DNA of 64,000 nucleotides, from the NCBI GenBank assembly GCA_016188215.1, contig JACPIF010000003.1, positions 35,388 through 99,387 of the forward strand, written 5' to 3'. The position numbers and the translations under genes were made by a program. Within the stretch, counting starts at the first letter, position 1. Each line of letters opens with the position of its first letter. The notes under the pieces are model-generated. The model did not search any database and was not told the DNA's origin. It was given only the letters and a program-made list of their open reading frames with translations. The DNA is from Candidatus Woesearchaeota archaeon. Its GTDB lineage: Archaea > Nanobdellota > Nanobdellia > Woesearchaeales > JACPIF01. This document shows positions 53,970-63,277 of this stretch, in pieces.

Positions 53970-55611
53970 TAGTGGTATTTTTAGGTTACGAGAATTTAAA
54001 GGTTTTGGTTCGTTACCTTTTTATACTTTCCTTCTTAAACACTTACAGATGACTAAAAGGGGTGAACATGAGGCTAGCAAGAGCAGGATACCGTACAGGC
54101 TCTTCTTTGAGGAGTTCCTGCTTCTTTACCTCTTATGGTCTGATATCTCAGGATATTTTGGAGTATTGCCTGCAGACTTTGAATACGTTGACAAGCTCAT
54201 TGCATGGGTTGTCATTGGCCTGCTCCTGTACCATCTCAGCCTGACCAAGCTCATGTTCGGCCACAAAAACCCAAGGGAGGATATCCTGATAATCATTGCG
54301 TTCTTCTTGCTGGTATTAAAGAATAATTTCGTCATCATCAAGGACTTGGCAAGGGAAAGCATCTTCTTGACAGACTACTTTAAGTTCATGCTGAAGCATA
54401 TCATAATTATAGAAAAGCTCGGCTTCTATGCAGGAGGAATACTTATCATCCTTATTGCATTCTACACAGCCAAGAGGCTCTCAATCAGGAAGCCAAGCAT
54501 CATGCATCTTATACATGAAGAGGGAGAGCCTCCAAAAACAGCAAGCAAAATATTTGCCCGATTCATTACAGTATTCCTTGTACTAGTTGCATTCTTTATC
54601 ATGCTATTCAACCTTTTCATAGAATGGATTGGCTACCTGGGTGATGATGCCATTACACTCCTTTCAATAATTCTGGCAATAATTATAATACGGAAGCACA
54701 CCACCCATCTGTCAGAATACAGGCTCTTCAGAAAAATCAATACCCTATCAGAAAAGTTCATAGATAAGATCTTTGAATCATTGGAATCAAGGAGGCATGT
54801 TTTTATTGCGCTCTCAGGAATATTGGTATTGCACCTCCTGACTGATTTTGTAGTGTTTATCATGCCATTATTAATAGGGCAGCCTTCTGTAAGTTATCTT
54901 GGGTCCTTGGATTCAAACCATCCCACCCTGTTCAGCCTTGCCGCGGCAGACATTGCGCCGCTGCCTCTTTCCGGGAAATTCGTATTCCTCTATTTGTATG
55001 CTGCTGAATTCATAGCCATAACATTCCTCATGGCCTTTCCGCTGTACATATGGTATCTTTACTATGCCGGGAAAGAGATGAAAGTTCCCCACAGCATCCT
55101 GGCGCTCTTCCTTGCCTCATTGCTGCCGTTCTTCCTTGCGCCAATCTTCAGGCTCAGCTCAATCTCAAAGGCTACGCTTCTTGGAGTGGACATCCGCATC
55201 AATCCTGTTTCCTTTGCCGCTTCCATAAATCCGGAATATATCATGATGGCATCATTAGTTACATTCATCCTTGTGTTCATTGCGCTGCATTACTTTACAT
55301 CCCTAAAGAAAGCATTGGTCTATCTTTCATTCATTCCCTTTGCCCTTTTTATGCTGAGGTATGTATTCCTCTTCCTCAAGGATCTTGCAATCTTCTACCT
55401 CAAGGCTATCTCAGGCTTCCTGCACGCCTCTGAAGCCTTCTTCCTGCTTTATTTTGCGCTGTTCCTCATACTCACTGTATTGTTCTACGGCTTCGGCACT
55501 ATATATTTCCTGTACGAGGCAGAGAGGAAGCTGGGATATTTTGCCGAGCACATTGACAGGAAATTTTATAAAGGCAGCAAGGATGTTTCTCCAGGGAAAA
55601 AGAAGCGGTAA
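53956..55611 (+). CDS. polytopic integral membrane protein (about 520-551 aa)
   Basis: At least 12 hydrophobic helices. It is directly followed by the IMPase and Ham1 genes. The true start may be the internal Met near 54050. Confidence 0.75.
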   Translation: MKSSISGIFRLREFKGFGSLPFYTFLLKHLQMTKRGEHEASKSRIPYRLFFEEFLLLYLLWSDISGYFGVLPADFEYVDKLIAWVVIGLLLYHLSLTKLMFGHKNPREDILIIIAFFLLVLKNNFVIIKDLARESIFLTDYFKFMLKHIIIIEKLGFYAGGILIILIAFYTAKRLSIRKPSIMHLIHEEGEPPKTASKIFARFITVFLVLVAFFIMLFNLFIEWIGYLGDDAITLLSIILAIIIIRKHTTHLSEYRLFRKINTLSEKFIDKIFESLESRRHVFIALSGILVLHLLTDFVVFIMPLLIGQPSVSYLGSLDSNHPTLFSLAAADIAPLPLSGKFVFLYLYAAEFIAITFLMAFPLYIWYLYYAGKEMKVPHSILALFLASLLPFFLAPIFRLSSISKATLLGVDIRINPVSFAASINPEYIMMASLVTFILVFIALHYFTSLKKALVYLSFIPFALFMLRYVFLFLKDLAIFYLKAISGFLHASEAFFLLYFALFLILTVLFYGFGTIYFLYEAERKLGYFAEHIDRKFYKGSKDVSPGKKKR

Positions 55612-55613
55612 AC

Positions 55614-56384
55614 ATGTCAATGCATCTTGAAGTGGCGAAAAAGGCGGCGAAGAAAGCAGGCATACTGCTCTTGAGGCAGTTCGGCAAAAAAGTTGTTTCA
55701 TACCGCAAGCACGGGTTAGCGTATGTCACGGATGCGGATTTTAAGAGCCAGACTTTGATAAAAAGGATATTAAAGCAGGCGACCCCCTCTTTTAATATAA
55801 TCTCTGAAGAGGCCGAGATTGAGCAGCATGGCAGTGAATATACGTGGTATATTGATCCCCTTGACGGCACCCATAATTTCATTCACAACCTCCCTGAGTT
55901 TGGAATTTCCATAGCACTCGCGTATGGCAATGAAATAATAGCAGGCGTAATTTATATCCCGTTCCAGGGTAGGATGTATTATGCCGAAAAAGGCAAAGGC
56001 GCATACTTGAATGGAAAGAAGATCCATGTCTCTTCCAGAACTTCAAAGCAAAGGTATATCCTTATGATAGAGCTTGAGCAGGCGACCCGCTCCTCTACTA
56101 CAAGCTTAATGAGGATCATGATACCTGAAAAAAACAGGTTGCGCGCATTTGCCTGTGCAACCTATAGCCTTGCCAACCTTGCTTCAGGAAACATAGACGC
56201 GTATGTAACCTTGAAGACGCATCCATGGGATGTTGCAGCAGGCATGGTGCTTGTGCAGGAAGCTGGAGGAAAGTTTACCACACTCAGGGGCAAAAAGGGG
56301 AATGTCAATGATCCCGGGCTTATATTCAGCAATGGAAAAGTGCATGAAAGGGTATTGTCATTATCTAGGAAGGCAGGATTATGA
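55614..56384 (+). CDS. inositol monophosphatase / FBPase-family phosphatase
   Basis: 'WYIDPLDGTHNF', 'WDVAAGMVLVQEAGG'. Confidence 0.9.
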   Translation: MSMHLEVAKKAAKKAGILLLRQFGKKVVSYRKHGLAYVTDADFKSQTLIKRILKQATPSFNIISEEAEIEQHGSEYTWYIDPLDGTHNFIHNLPEFGISIALAYGNEIIAGVIYIPFQGRMYYAEKGKGAYLNGKKIHVSSRTSKQRYILMIELEQATRSSTTSLMRIMIPEKNRLRAFACATYSLANLASGNIDAYVTLKTHPWDVAAGMVLVQEAGGKFTTLRGKKGNVNDPGLIFSNGKVHERVLSLSRKAGL

Positions 56385-56944
56385 AACTATACTTTCTCAC
56401 AGGAAATCGGCACAAGTTTGAGCAGGTCAGGAACGCCATGGAAAAGCTCGGCGTTGAGATTGAGCAGATCAAGGTTGACAAGCCGGAGATACAGGCAGAT
56501 ACACTGGAAGAAGTGTCACGCTATGCAGCTGAGAAGGTTGCGGCTGAGCAGGGTAAGGCAGTCGTAGTTGAGGACACTGGAATCTTCTTTGAAGCTTTCC
56601 GGAATTTCCCAGGAGTCTATGCAAAATTCATTTCTCATTCGCTAGGCTATGAAGGCATCCTAAAGCTCCTGCAGGGGAGAAAGAGAGGCGCTTATTTCAA
56701 GACAGTTGCTGCATATGCAGAGCCGGGAAAGCCAGCCGTTCTATTCTCTGCAGAGACGCATGGCAGAATCTCAGAGGAGGTCTATTGCCAAGATGCAGAT
56801 GTCATGTATTATGACCGCATCTTTATCCCGGATGGCTGGAATGAGCCTTGGTGCAAGAAAATTGCTCATGAGGATTATGCGAATCACAGGAAAGCTGCCT
56901 TTGTAAAGCTGGCTGAGTATCTTAAAAAAGATAAACATAAATAG
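56381..56944 (+). CDS. non-canonical purine NTP pyrophosphatase (Ham1/ITPase family)
   Basis: 'FLTGNRHKFEQ', 'VVEDTGIFFEA'; ATGA overlap with the upstream gene. Confidence 0.85.
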   Translation: MKLYFLTGNRHKFEQVRNAMEKLGVEIEQIKVDKPEIQADTLEEVSRYAAEKVAAEQGKAVVVEDTGIFFEAFRNFPGVYAKFISHSLGYEGILKLLQGRKRGAYFKTVAAYAEPGKPAVLFSAETHGRISEEVYCQDADVMYYDRIFIPDGWNEPWCKKIAHEDYANHRKAAFVKLAEYLKKDKHK

Positions 56945-56965
56945 GCTATTAAATTAATATCAGCA

Positions 56966-57376
56966 ATGGAAACCTGCATATTCTGCAAAATCGTAAAGGG
57001 TGAGATCCCTTCAAGCAAGGTCTACGAGGACAACGAGTTTCTGGCATTCCTTGATATAGGACCTATCCATAAAGGGCATACTCTATTGATCCCAAAAGAG
57101 CACCATGAAGACTTATTTACCATGCCGGATAATCTGCTTGAGCTGATGAGTGGAATTCTAAAGAAAGTAGGAGCTGCTGTCATGAAAGGGACAAAAGCAG
57201 ACGGCATCAATGTCGGCATGAACAACAAGCCGGCAGCCGGCCAGATTGTCTTCCATGCGCATTACCATATCATCCCAAGATTCAAAGGGGACGGCTTAAG
57301 GCACTGGCCGCAGGGCAAGTATGAAAACCCGGAAGAGATGCAGAAGTATAGCGATATTATTAAGCAAAATCTCTAG
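56966..57376 (+). CDS. HIT-family (histidine triad) protein
   Basis: 'CIFCKIV..EIP...VYEDNEFLAFLDI.P...GHTLLIPKEH', 'FHAHYHIIPR'. Confidence 0.9.
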   Translation: METCIFCKIVKGEIPSSKVYEDNEFLAFLDIGPIHKGHTLLIPKEHHEDLFTMPDNLLELMSGILKKVGAAVMKGTKADGINVGMNNKPAAGQIVFHAHYHIIPRFKGDGLRHWPQGKYENPEEMQKYSDIIKQNL

Positions 57377-57522
57377 CTAAAGTCAGGCTCCCAGTCAACA
57401 TGGAAGGTTTCTTCTTTCCCGTCATGCTCATGCACTAGCTCGTTGGCATCCACGCATTCTGCATAGTCGGGAATCTTGACAGTTTCCTTGCATTTCGGGC
57501 ATTTGGTCTTCCAGCTGCTCAT
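57377..57522 (-). CDS. small zinc-ribbon protein (48 aa, MSSWKTKCPKCKETVKIPDYAEC...)
   Basis: ATG to TAG ORF with a CPKC...C/H cluster; too short for the ORF track. Confidence 0.35.
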
Positions 57523-57558
57523 GATTAGAGAATCTATTTAGCGATATTTAAATTTATT

Positions 57559-58203
57559 CTAAACATACTTCTCCACACCCTGCCTTGGGCATAATTTAAA
57601 AAGCACGCACTTGGTGCAAATTGGAACAGGAGCCTTGCACACAGCCCTCCCATGCTCTATAACCAAATAGGTGAATTTAAACCACTTATCTTTGGGCAGG
57701 AGCGCCATCAAGTCCTTCTCTATTTTAGTTGGATCTGTATGCTTAGTCAGCCCTAACCTAAACGTGACTCTCTTCACATGGGTATCAACTGCAATCCCCT
57801 CAACAATATTATAGGCATTGCCCAGCACTATGTTTGCGGTCTTCCTGGCAACACCTGGCAGCCCAAGCAATGCAGCCATAGTATTTGGTACTTTGCCATT
57901 ATGCTGCTCTACAATCATCTTTGCTGCCCCCTGGATTGATCTTGCCTTTGCCCTATAAAAGCCAGTAGAGCGGATCAGCTGCTCAAGTTCCTTAATGTCC
58001 GCATTCGCATAATCCTTTGCTGTCTTGTATTTCCTGAATAATGCAGGCGTCACCATGTTAACTCTCTTGTCAGTGCACTGCGCAGAAAGTATTGTTGCAA
58101 CAAGCATCTCCATAGGATTTGAGAAGTGCAGTGCTACTTTTGCATCGGGATAGGTTTTGTTCAGGAGAGTATAGACTTGGAGAGCCTTCTTTTTCTCATC
58201 CAT
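57559..58203 (-). CDS. nth: endonuclease III (HhH-GPD DNA glycosylase with a 4Fe-4S cluster)
   Basis: 'LLGLPGVARKTANIVL', 'VDTHVKRV', and the C-terminal Cys ladder 'CKAPVPICTKCVLFKLCP'; TATA-like box about 30 bp upstream. Confidence 0.9.
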   Translation of the reverse strand: MDEKKKALQVYTLLNKTYPDAKVALHFSNPMEMLVATILSAQCTDKRVNMVTPALFRKYKTAKDYANADIKELEQLIRSTGFYRAKARSIQGAAKMIVEQHNGKVPNTMAALLGLPGVARKTANIVLGNAYNIVEGIAVDTHVKRVTFRLGLTKHTDPTKIEKDLMALLPKDKWFKFTYLVIEHGRAVCKAPVPICTKCVLFKLCPRQGVEKYV

Positions 58204-58389
58204 GGGAAAACCTGGTATTCCACAACCTTTATAAAATATAGTATAACAATAAAGCTACTTCACGCCGAAGTAACTCAGCCTGGCTAGAGTGATGCTCTCA
58301 TAAAATCATTTGGGCAAGGCATAAGTCGGGAGTTCAAAAAGAACTTATGGCACACGCCATGGTTCTGGAATTTCTCCCCTTCGGCATTT

Positions 58390-59121
58390 TTAAGCTACAC
58401 GCCTGACAGTAATATCCCTTCCCCTGACTCTGACATGTACTTCTTCCACCACTTTCTGTTCCAGGGAGAACCTAGCTCTTGTCACACTTCCCCTGTCCAC
58501 ACCTTTTAAGAGTTTATTGAAGTCTTTTGTTAGCAAGACCCTGCTATTGGGGTATAACAGCTCGGTAATGCTAAGCGCTGTATAGTTAGGCGCGCCTGTC
58601 CTATTTGAGAGCAGCCATACAGGAAATGTTTTCTTGCCTGGCTGACTTCCATGGTATCTATAATTGAGGTATGCGGAGCCTATATCATCTAACGGCGCAT
58701 CTTTTCTGATGGGAACCTGTGTAGCAGTCCATCCGCGCTTGAATGTAGCATATGGCTGCTCAGCATCCCAATGATAGGATATTTCCGTATCCCTATGCAA
58801 TAAAATTGTAGGCAGAATTCCTGACATTTCTATTGCAGATTCAGTTGGCCTAAAATGCCCGTTTGCAATTATACCTTTTGAATCTACATTGACTGAAGCA
58901 AGGAACCTTATACCGCCCTTTATTGTTATGTGATAAGTATTTGCCGCCCTATCTATTTTTTCTTGGAGGGTCAGCGGTAGCGTTATAGCAGTTTCTCCAA
59001 CGCTGCCTATAGCTTCATACAGGTAAGTATTATAAGTTTCTGCACGAGCCATCTCAGGCAAGCCAAAAGACGTGTAGGCTAGCGCAAGAAAATGGCGCCT
59101 TGTCAGTTCCAGCCTTATCAT
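58390..59121 (-). CDS. exported protein with a twin-arginine (Tat)-like signal (243 aa)
   Basis: 'TRRHFLALAYTSFGLPEMARA' matches S/T-R-R-x-F-L followed by an AxA cleavage site. Confidence 0.6.
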   Translation of the reverse strand: MIRLELTRRHFLALAYTSFGLPEMARAETYNTYLYEAIGSVGETAITLPLTLQEKIDRAANTYHITIKGGIRFLASVNVDSKGIIANGHFRPTESAIEMSGILPTILLHRDTEISYHWDAEQPYATFKRGWTATQVPIRKDAPLDDIGSAYLNYRYHGSQPGKKTFPVWLLSNRTGAPNYTALSITELLYPNSRVLLTKDFNKLLKGVDRGSVTRARFSLEQKVVEEVHVRVRGRDITVRRVA

Positions 59122-59174
59122 GTGCCCCCCTTACTTATTTGATGAAGCATCTATATAAAATATTTGTAAAAAAA

Positions 59175-59375
59175 ACGCCGGCGCCCGGACTTTCAAACCG
59201 AAAGTTTGAGCCTTCTGGTCTTTGAACCGAGAGTCCCTTGCGGGAGCAGTTCGCTCTCTGGTGACCGAAGCGACGCGAGGTCGCCCAGGTGCAAGCTGAC
59301 TATGCAGCTTCGAGATTCAGCTTTCCCATCTGCCGCTCTACCGGATTAAGCGACGCCGGCATAACAGACAGGAGG
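59175..59375. repeat. intergenic hairpin/repeat cluster, copy H (distant member)
   Basis: Direct repeats ggactttcaaaccg / ggtctttgaaccg; 'ggtgaccgaagcgacgcgaggtcgcc' is the inverse of 10795-10830; multiple GC hairpins. Confidence 0.45.
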
Positions 59376-59417
59376 CTTTAAACGCCTTATATACCTTACG
59401 CAAATCAGGATGGAAAC

Positions 59418-59428
59418 CCTTAAATAAT
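59418..59428 (+). promoter_or_regulatory. TATA box for the CaCA gene
   Basis: 'ccttaaataat' centred about 27 bp upstream of the 59450 ATG. Confidence 0.5.
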
Positions 59429-59449
59429 CTTCTTTTCAGAGTAAGGTAT

Positions 59450-60511
59450 ATGCACATCAGGAATAAGCATCTGTTCAATGCCCTTCTTATATTCTTCCCG
59501 ATCTCAATAGTAATGTGGTACATCGGCATAAAAGGCGCGCCGTTATTCATTGTCTCTATCCTTTCATTGCTGCCCATTGCAAGGGTGATAGGCAAGGCAA
59601 CTGAAGAGCTTGCCCTGCAAACCAACCCTACTATCTCAGGCATTCTCAGCGCAACCTTCGGCAACATCATTGAGATTATCATAGCGATTATTGCCATCAG
59701 GGCAGGCCTGATTGAGCTGGTAAAGGCGTCTTTAGTTGGCTCAATCCTTGCCAATATCCTTCTGTTGATTGGTCTGTCAATCTTCATAGGCGGGATAAAA
59801 TACAAGGAGCAGCGCTTCAACACGCAGGTCGCAGGAGTATCCTCGACCATGCTGATCATAGCTGTTACCGGCATGTCATTGCCGTCAATATATGCTATAA
59901 CCACAGGAAAGCGGCTGCTTATCCTTGGGGATATTGTAGCAGTGCTGCTTGCCATTATCTACATCGCAGGATTGGTCTTTGCGCTCAAGACGCATAAGCA
60001 CCTTTTTGATTACACTGATTCCTACAAGCGGGAGGCTCACAAGCCACTCTGGAGCAGGCGCAAGGCAGGCTTCATAATGGCAGCATTCATAGGCCTTGCT
60101 GCAATCCAGTCAGAGCTCTTGGTAGAGAGCATTGCGGGAGCCTCAATAAGCCTTGGGATCTCACAGACATTTATCGGCTTCACATTTATAGCTATCCTCA
60201 CAAATATTGCAGAGAAAAGCGCAGCCATACAGATGGCGCTCAAGAATAAGATAGATATTTCCCTGGAGATAGGAACAAATTCCGCGATCCAGATTGCCCT
60301 TTTTGTGCTTCCAATCCTTGCATTCATAAGCCTTTTCATGCAGAATCAGTTCTCATTGTTCTTCAACCTGTTTGAGATTGTCTCAATGCTGTTTGCAGTT
60401 ATGATTATCAATTATCTTTCCTCAGACGGCAGGTGCAACTGGCTGGAAGGCGCGCAGCTGATGACTGTTTATCTTATATTCGTGGTTGCATTTTTCTTTG
60501 CAGGGAGATAA
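59450..60511 (+). CDS. Ca2+/cation:H+ antiporter (CaCA/CAX family)
   Basis: About 11 TM helices with two alpha-repeats ('GNIIEIIIAIIA', 'NIAEKSAAIQMA...GTNSAIQIALFVLPIL'). Confidence 0.85.
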   Translation: MHIRNKHLFNALLIFFPISIVMWYIGIKGAPLFIVSILSLLPIARVIGKATEELALQTNPTISGILSATFGNIIEIIIAIIAIRAGLIELVKASLVGSILANILLLIGLSIFIGGIKYKEQRFNTQVAGVSSTMLIIAVTGMSLPSIYAITTGKRLLILGDIVAVLLAIIYIAGLVFALKTHKHLFDYTDSYKREAHKPLWSRRKAGFIMAAFIGLAAIQSELLVESIAGASISLGISQTFIGFTFIAILTNIAEKSAAIQMALKNKIDISLEIGTNSAIQIALFVLPILAFISLFMQNQFSLFFNLFEIVSMLFAVMIINYLSSDGRCNWLEGAQLMTVYLIFVVAFFFAGR

Positions 60512-60516
60512 AAAAG

Positions 60517-60604
60517 CGCTCCTGCCGGGATTCGAACCCGGGTCTCGGCCTGACCCCTCGGAAGAACGAGAGGGCCGAATGATTGGCCGCTACACTACAG
60601 GAGC
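60517..60604 (-). tRNA. tRNA-Glu (anticodon CUC) with a roughly 15-nt intron in the anticodon loop
   Basis: Minus strand: acceptor GCTCCTG/CAGGAGC plus discriminator G; T-arm CCGGG-TTCGAAT-CCCGG; the D-region 'GTGTAGCGGCCAATCAT' is typical of archaeal tRNA-Glu; anticodon stem CGGCC/GGCCG encloses 22 nt (7-nt loop C-T-CTC-G..A plus 15 nt); no encoded CCA. Confidence 0.7.
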
Positions 60605-60660
60605 ATAGTGTAGCAGTTTTGAGGTCAATTTATTAAGTTTATGGTAGAAATGAGCAGCTG

Positions 60661-61107
60661 CTAAGAAACCTCATGCAGCTTGTGCTTCAGTGATTTCTTG
60701 AAGTTCTTGATGTCTTTGACAGTCTCTTTATATCTCTTGATGGTAGTGTGGTCAAACTTGTGCTTCATGGCTCTGCTCAGCGCCATCTCAGCGCGCTTTT
60801 CCTGGATCTCAGCCCATTGCTGCTGCAGATCAACAATCTTGCGGTTCCTACCTCTGCTTGATATGGTCTTGTCCTCTGCAGTCTCAAGCAGCTTCCCGAG
60901 GACTTCCATCTCCGCGATATAGGTTCCGATATGCTCATCCTGATGCCCAAAATCCAACAGTTCTTTTGGCCTGAATATCTTTTTCTTATCTGAGAGGAAC
61001 CTGCCCAGCCTGGAGATAGCCATCTCGTTCTGGACCAGCCTGATCTTTGCATGTATAAGAGTTTTAGTGACCCTGTCAAGCCGCTTCTTAAGAAGGTAAG
61101 ATTCCAT
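60661..61107 (-). CDS. hypothetical Lys-rich helical protein (148 aa)
   Basis: ORF. Confidence 0.55.
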   Translation of the reverse strand: MESYLLKKRLDRVTKTLIHAKIRLVQNEMAISRLGRFLSDKKKIFRPKELLDFGHQDEHIGTYIAEMEVLGKLLETAEDKTISSRGRNRKIVDLQQQWAEIQEKRAEMALSRAMKHKFDHTTIKRYKETVKDIKNFKKSLKHKLHEVS

Positions 61108-61271
61108 ACTTTTGGGATAGCATCTTCTTATTTAAATTTTGCGAAACCTATTGCAACTTTTACATTGCTTTTATCCGCTCCCATGCCAATTTTCTCGCAA
61201 ATCTCCATATATTTTTTTTAAATTTGAAATATGAGTTGCATGCCTAGCTGCATTTGAATATCTTAGTCCTA

Positions 61272-62138
61272 CTAGCATGCAGCTGCTGCTTTTTCTGCGT
61301 CTGCGAGCAAGCCTTTCCTGTAAGCGAACATGTCCCTTTCCAGCGTCCTTTTTGCATCTTCTACCCTGCTTGAATATATTGCAAGGTCAGAGGATTTCTG
61401 CGGGTATAGCCTGATTACTGTATTTGCAGTGCACCAGACAGAAGCCACTGGAAAGATGTACCCTCCCATTGCATTATCATACCTATAGAACAGGATAAGG
61501 TGCGATTCAAATATCACTTTCTTGCCTTTGACTTCTTTTTCTTCCATTTCCGGCTCATACGAGTAATTGGCATCAATCCAGTCTCCCTCATAGAGCTTAT
61601 TGTAATCTATCAATTCCTTTGATAGCACATTGTAGTTCCTTACATCAAGGTCAAAATTTCGCTTCATAAATTCAGTAAAATTATTGTAGTAATAAAGGTA
61701 ATTGTGAGGTTTCTTGATCTGCCATATGTATATCCTGGTAGGAGAGGATTCATAGACTTCAAAAAGATTCTCAAAATCTGTTACGTTCCCCCTGTCCATC
61801 ACCTTGAAGGAATAGAGCGTCTTATTTGTAGAGAATGTGTCACTCATAATCTCTTGGACATCCTTTATTGAAAGATTTGCCTGCTTCTCCGGCTGCTTCA
61901 ACTCTTGAGGGGCTTCAACAGGTGCCGGCTCTTCCAGGGAGATATTCTCTGGCTCTCGTGACTCATAGATGTCACAGATAGAGTTTGCATCTGCATCAGT
62001 GCAGCACTCTCCTGCAACCATGATCTCCGGAGCCTTGCACTGAGGAGCAGCTACAGCTGCCGCGCTTGGCGACTGGGATGCTGAGCACCCTGCAAGAATT
62101 ATAATTGTAAAGCACAGGATATATAGCATATACTTCAT
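61272..62138 (-). CDS. secreted/lipoprotein-like protein (288 aa)
   Basis: Signal peptide with the lipobox-like sequence 'IIILAGCSASQS'. Confidence 0.65.
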   Translation of the reverse strand: MKYMLYILCFTIIILAGCSASQSPSAAAVAAPQCKAPEIMVAGECCTDADANSICDIYESREPENISLEEPAPVEAPQELKQPEKQANLSIKDVQEIMSDTFSTNKTLYSFKVMDRGNVTDFENLFEVYESSPTRIYIWQIKKPHNYLYYYNNFTEFMKRNFDLDVRNYNVLSKELIDYNKLYEGDWIDANYSYEPEMEEKEVKGKKVIFESHLILFYRYDNAMGGYIFPVASVWCTANTVIRLYPQKSSDLAIYSSRVEDAKRTLERDMFAYRKGLLADAEKAAAAC

Positions 62139-62142
62139 TGTT

Positions 62143-63207
62143 TCATCCCCTCAGCGTCTGGTTTAATTTTTTACCTTCCTGCAATAGCTCGGCATACCCT
62201 ACCCATTCTATCTTTTCTGAAAATTCATAAAATATCTTCAGGTCTGCATCTGTTATGATAAGCCATACATAATACAGCGTATCAGGCGGCATGCCCTGGT
62301 CAAAGAGCTTTATATCCTCAGTCTTGTTCATGTGCAGCATATATTCTCCTGTCTGCGGCTCAACCAGGACTGCATGCTTCATGCTGCCGAAGACTTCCCT
62401 AGATGCAACGATGGGCGAGCTTGTCAGTGCATTCACGCAGTGTCCGCCAAGCTGGTTGCCAATGGCTCTTGGATGGAACAATCCGCAGAGGACGTACATG
62501 TATTGCCCAGTGAGCTTCTCTTCCATGTCAGTTGTCCCAGTAGTTATGTTTTCTCTCCCAAAGCCGCGGCTCCCGCACTCTTCAAAAAGGTAATTGTATT
62601 CAGCCATGAAAAGCAGCGAGAAATCCTCGCAGTCGCCTCCCTTGAACAGGTCTATCTGCGTCAGGTTAAGCATGAAATCCTCTTTCCGTATTGAACTGGT
62701 ATCCTCTATGTAGCGGATGCCATTGTCATAGTTCACCTGGTACACGCATGACAGGTTAATATAACAATTGGCATCTGTTTTTATGCAGGTGCTATTGAGC
62801 TTCTCCCGCGTTGAATTGTATGCATCAGAATGCCTTATGTTGCTGTTTGCGGCAAACCATTCCATAGATTGCCTTACCCTGACATCAAAATCATGGAGCT
62901 TATCAAGCGACTGGTCCAGCTGCAGCTCAATCTCCTTCATGGATTGGTTTAGGGAAGCTGATTCCTTCTTGAGCAGCTCATTCGCCTTTCTGCTCTTGTC
63001 ATAATTTGCCTTCAATGTTTCATAATTTGCTTTTAAGGAATTAAGGTTCAGCTGCACAGTCTGCAGGGCCTGTTTTGTGAGCGATAATTCCTCGCGGGTT
63101 GATGCCAGTTTTGAGGAGAATATGAAATATACGCTTCCAAGCGCTATAAGGGCTATAGCTGCGATAGAAACCAGGGAAATTACTAAGGTCTTGCTGTTGC
63201 CCCCCAT
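62143..63207 (-). CDS. membrane-anchored coiled-coil protein with a C-terminal transglutaminase-like (papain-fold) domain
   Basis: N-terminal TM helix, a 150-aa coiled coil, then 'KGGDCEDFSLLFMAEY...GGHCVNAL...VEPQTGE', which resembles a TGase-like Cys-His-Asp core. Confidence 0.55.
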   Translation of the reverse strand: MGGNSKTLVISLVSIAAIALIALGSVYFIFSSKLASTREELSLTKQALQTVQLNLNSLKANYETLKANYDKSRKANELLKKESASLNQSMKEIELQLDQSLDKLHDFDVRVRQSMEWFAANSNIRHSDAYNSTREKLNSTCIKTDANCYINLSCVYQVNYDNGIRYIEDTSSIRKEDFMLNLTQIDLFKGGDCEDFSLLFMAEYNYLFEECGSRGFGRENITTGTTDMEEKLTGQYMYVLCGLFHPRAIGNQLGGHCVNALTSSPIVASREVFGSMKHAVLVEPQTGEYMLHMNKTEDIKLFDQGMPPDTLYYVWLIITDADLKIFYEFSEKIEWVGYAELLQEGKKLNQTLRG

Positions 63208-63277
63208 TCGTATGAGGAATCAGTACCCATTTAAAAACATTTATGCTAAGATATATGTGAAAGTATATATTACCTGG

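Noticed and set aside
58204-58389. 186-bp intergenic region with small hairpins, considered as an ncRNA
   Set aside because: It has no similarity to the repeat family and no recognisable tRNA or other RNA structure. It probably holds only the nth promoter and the terminator of the upstream gene.
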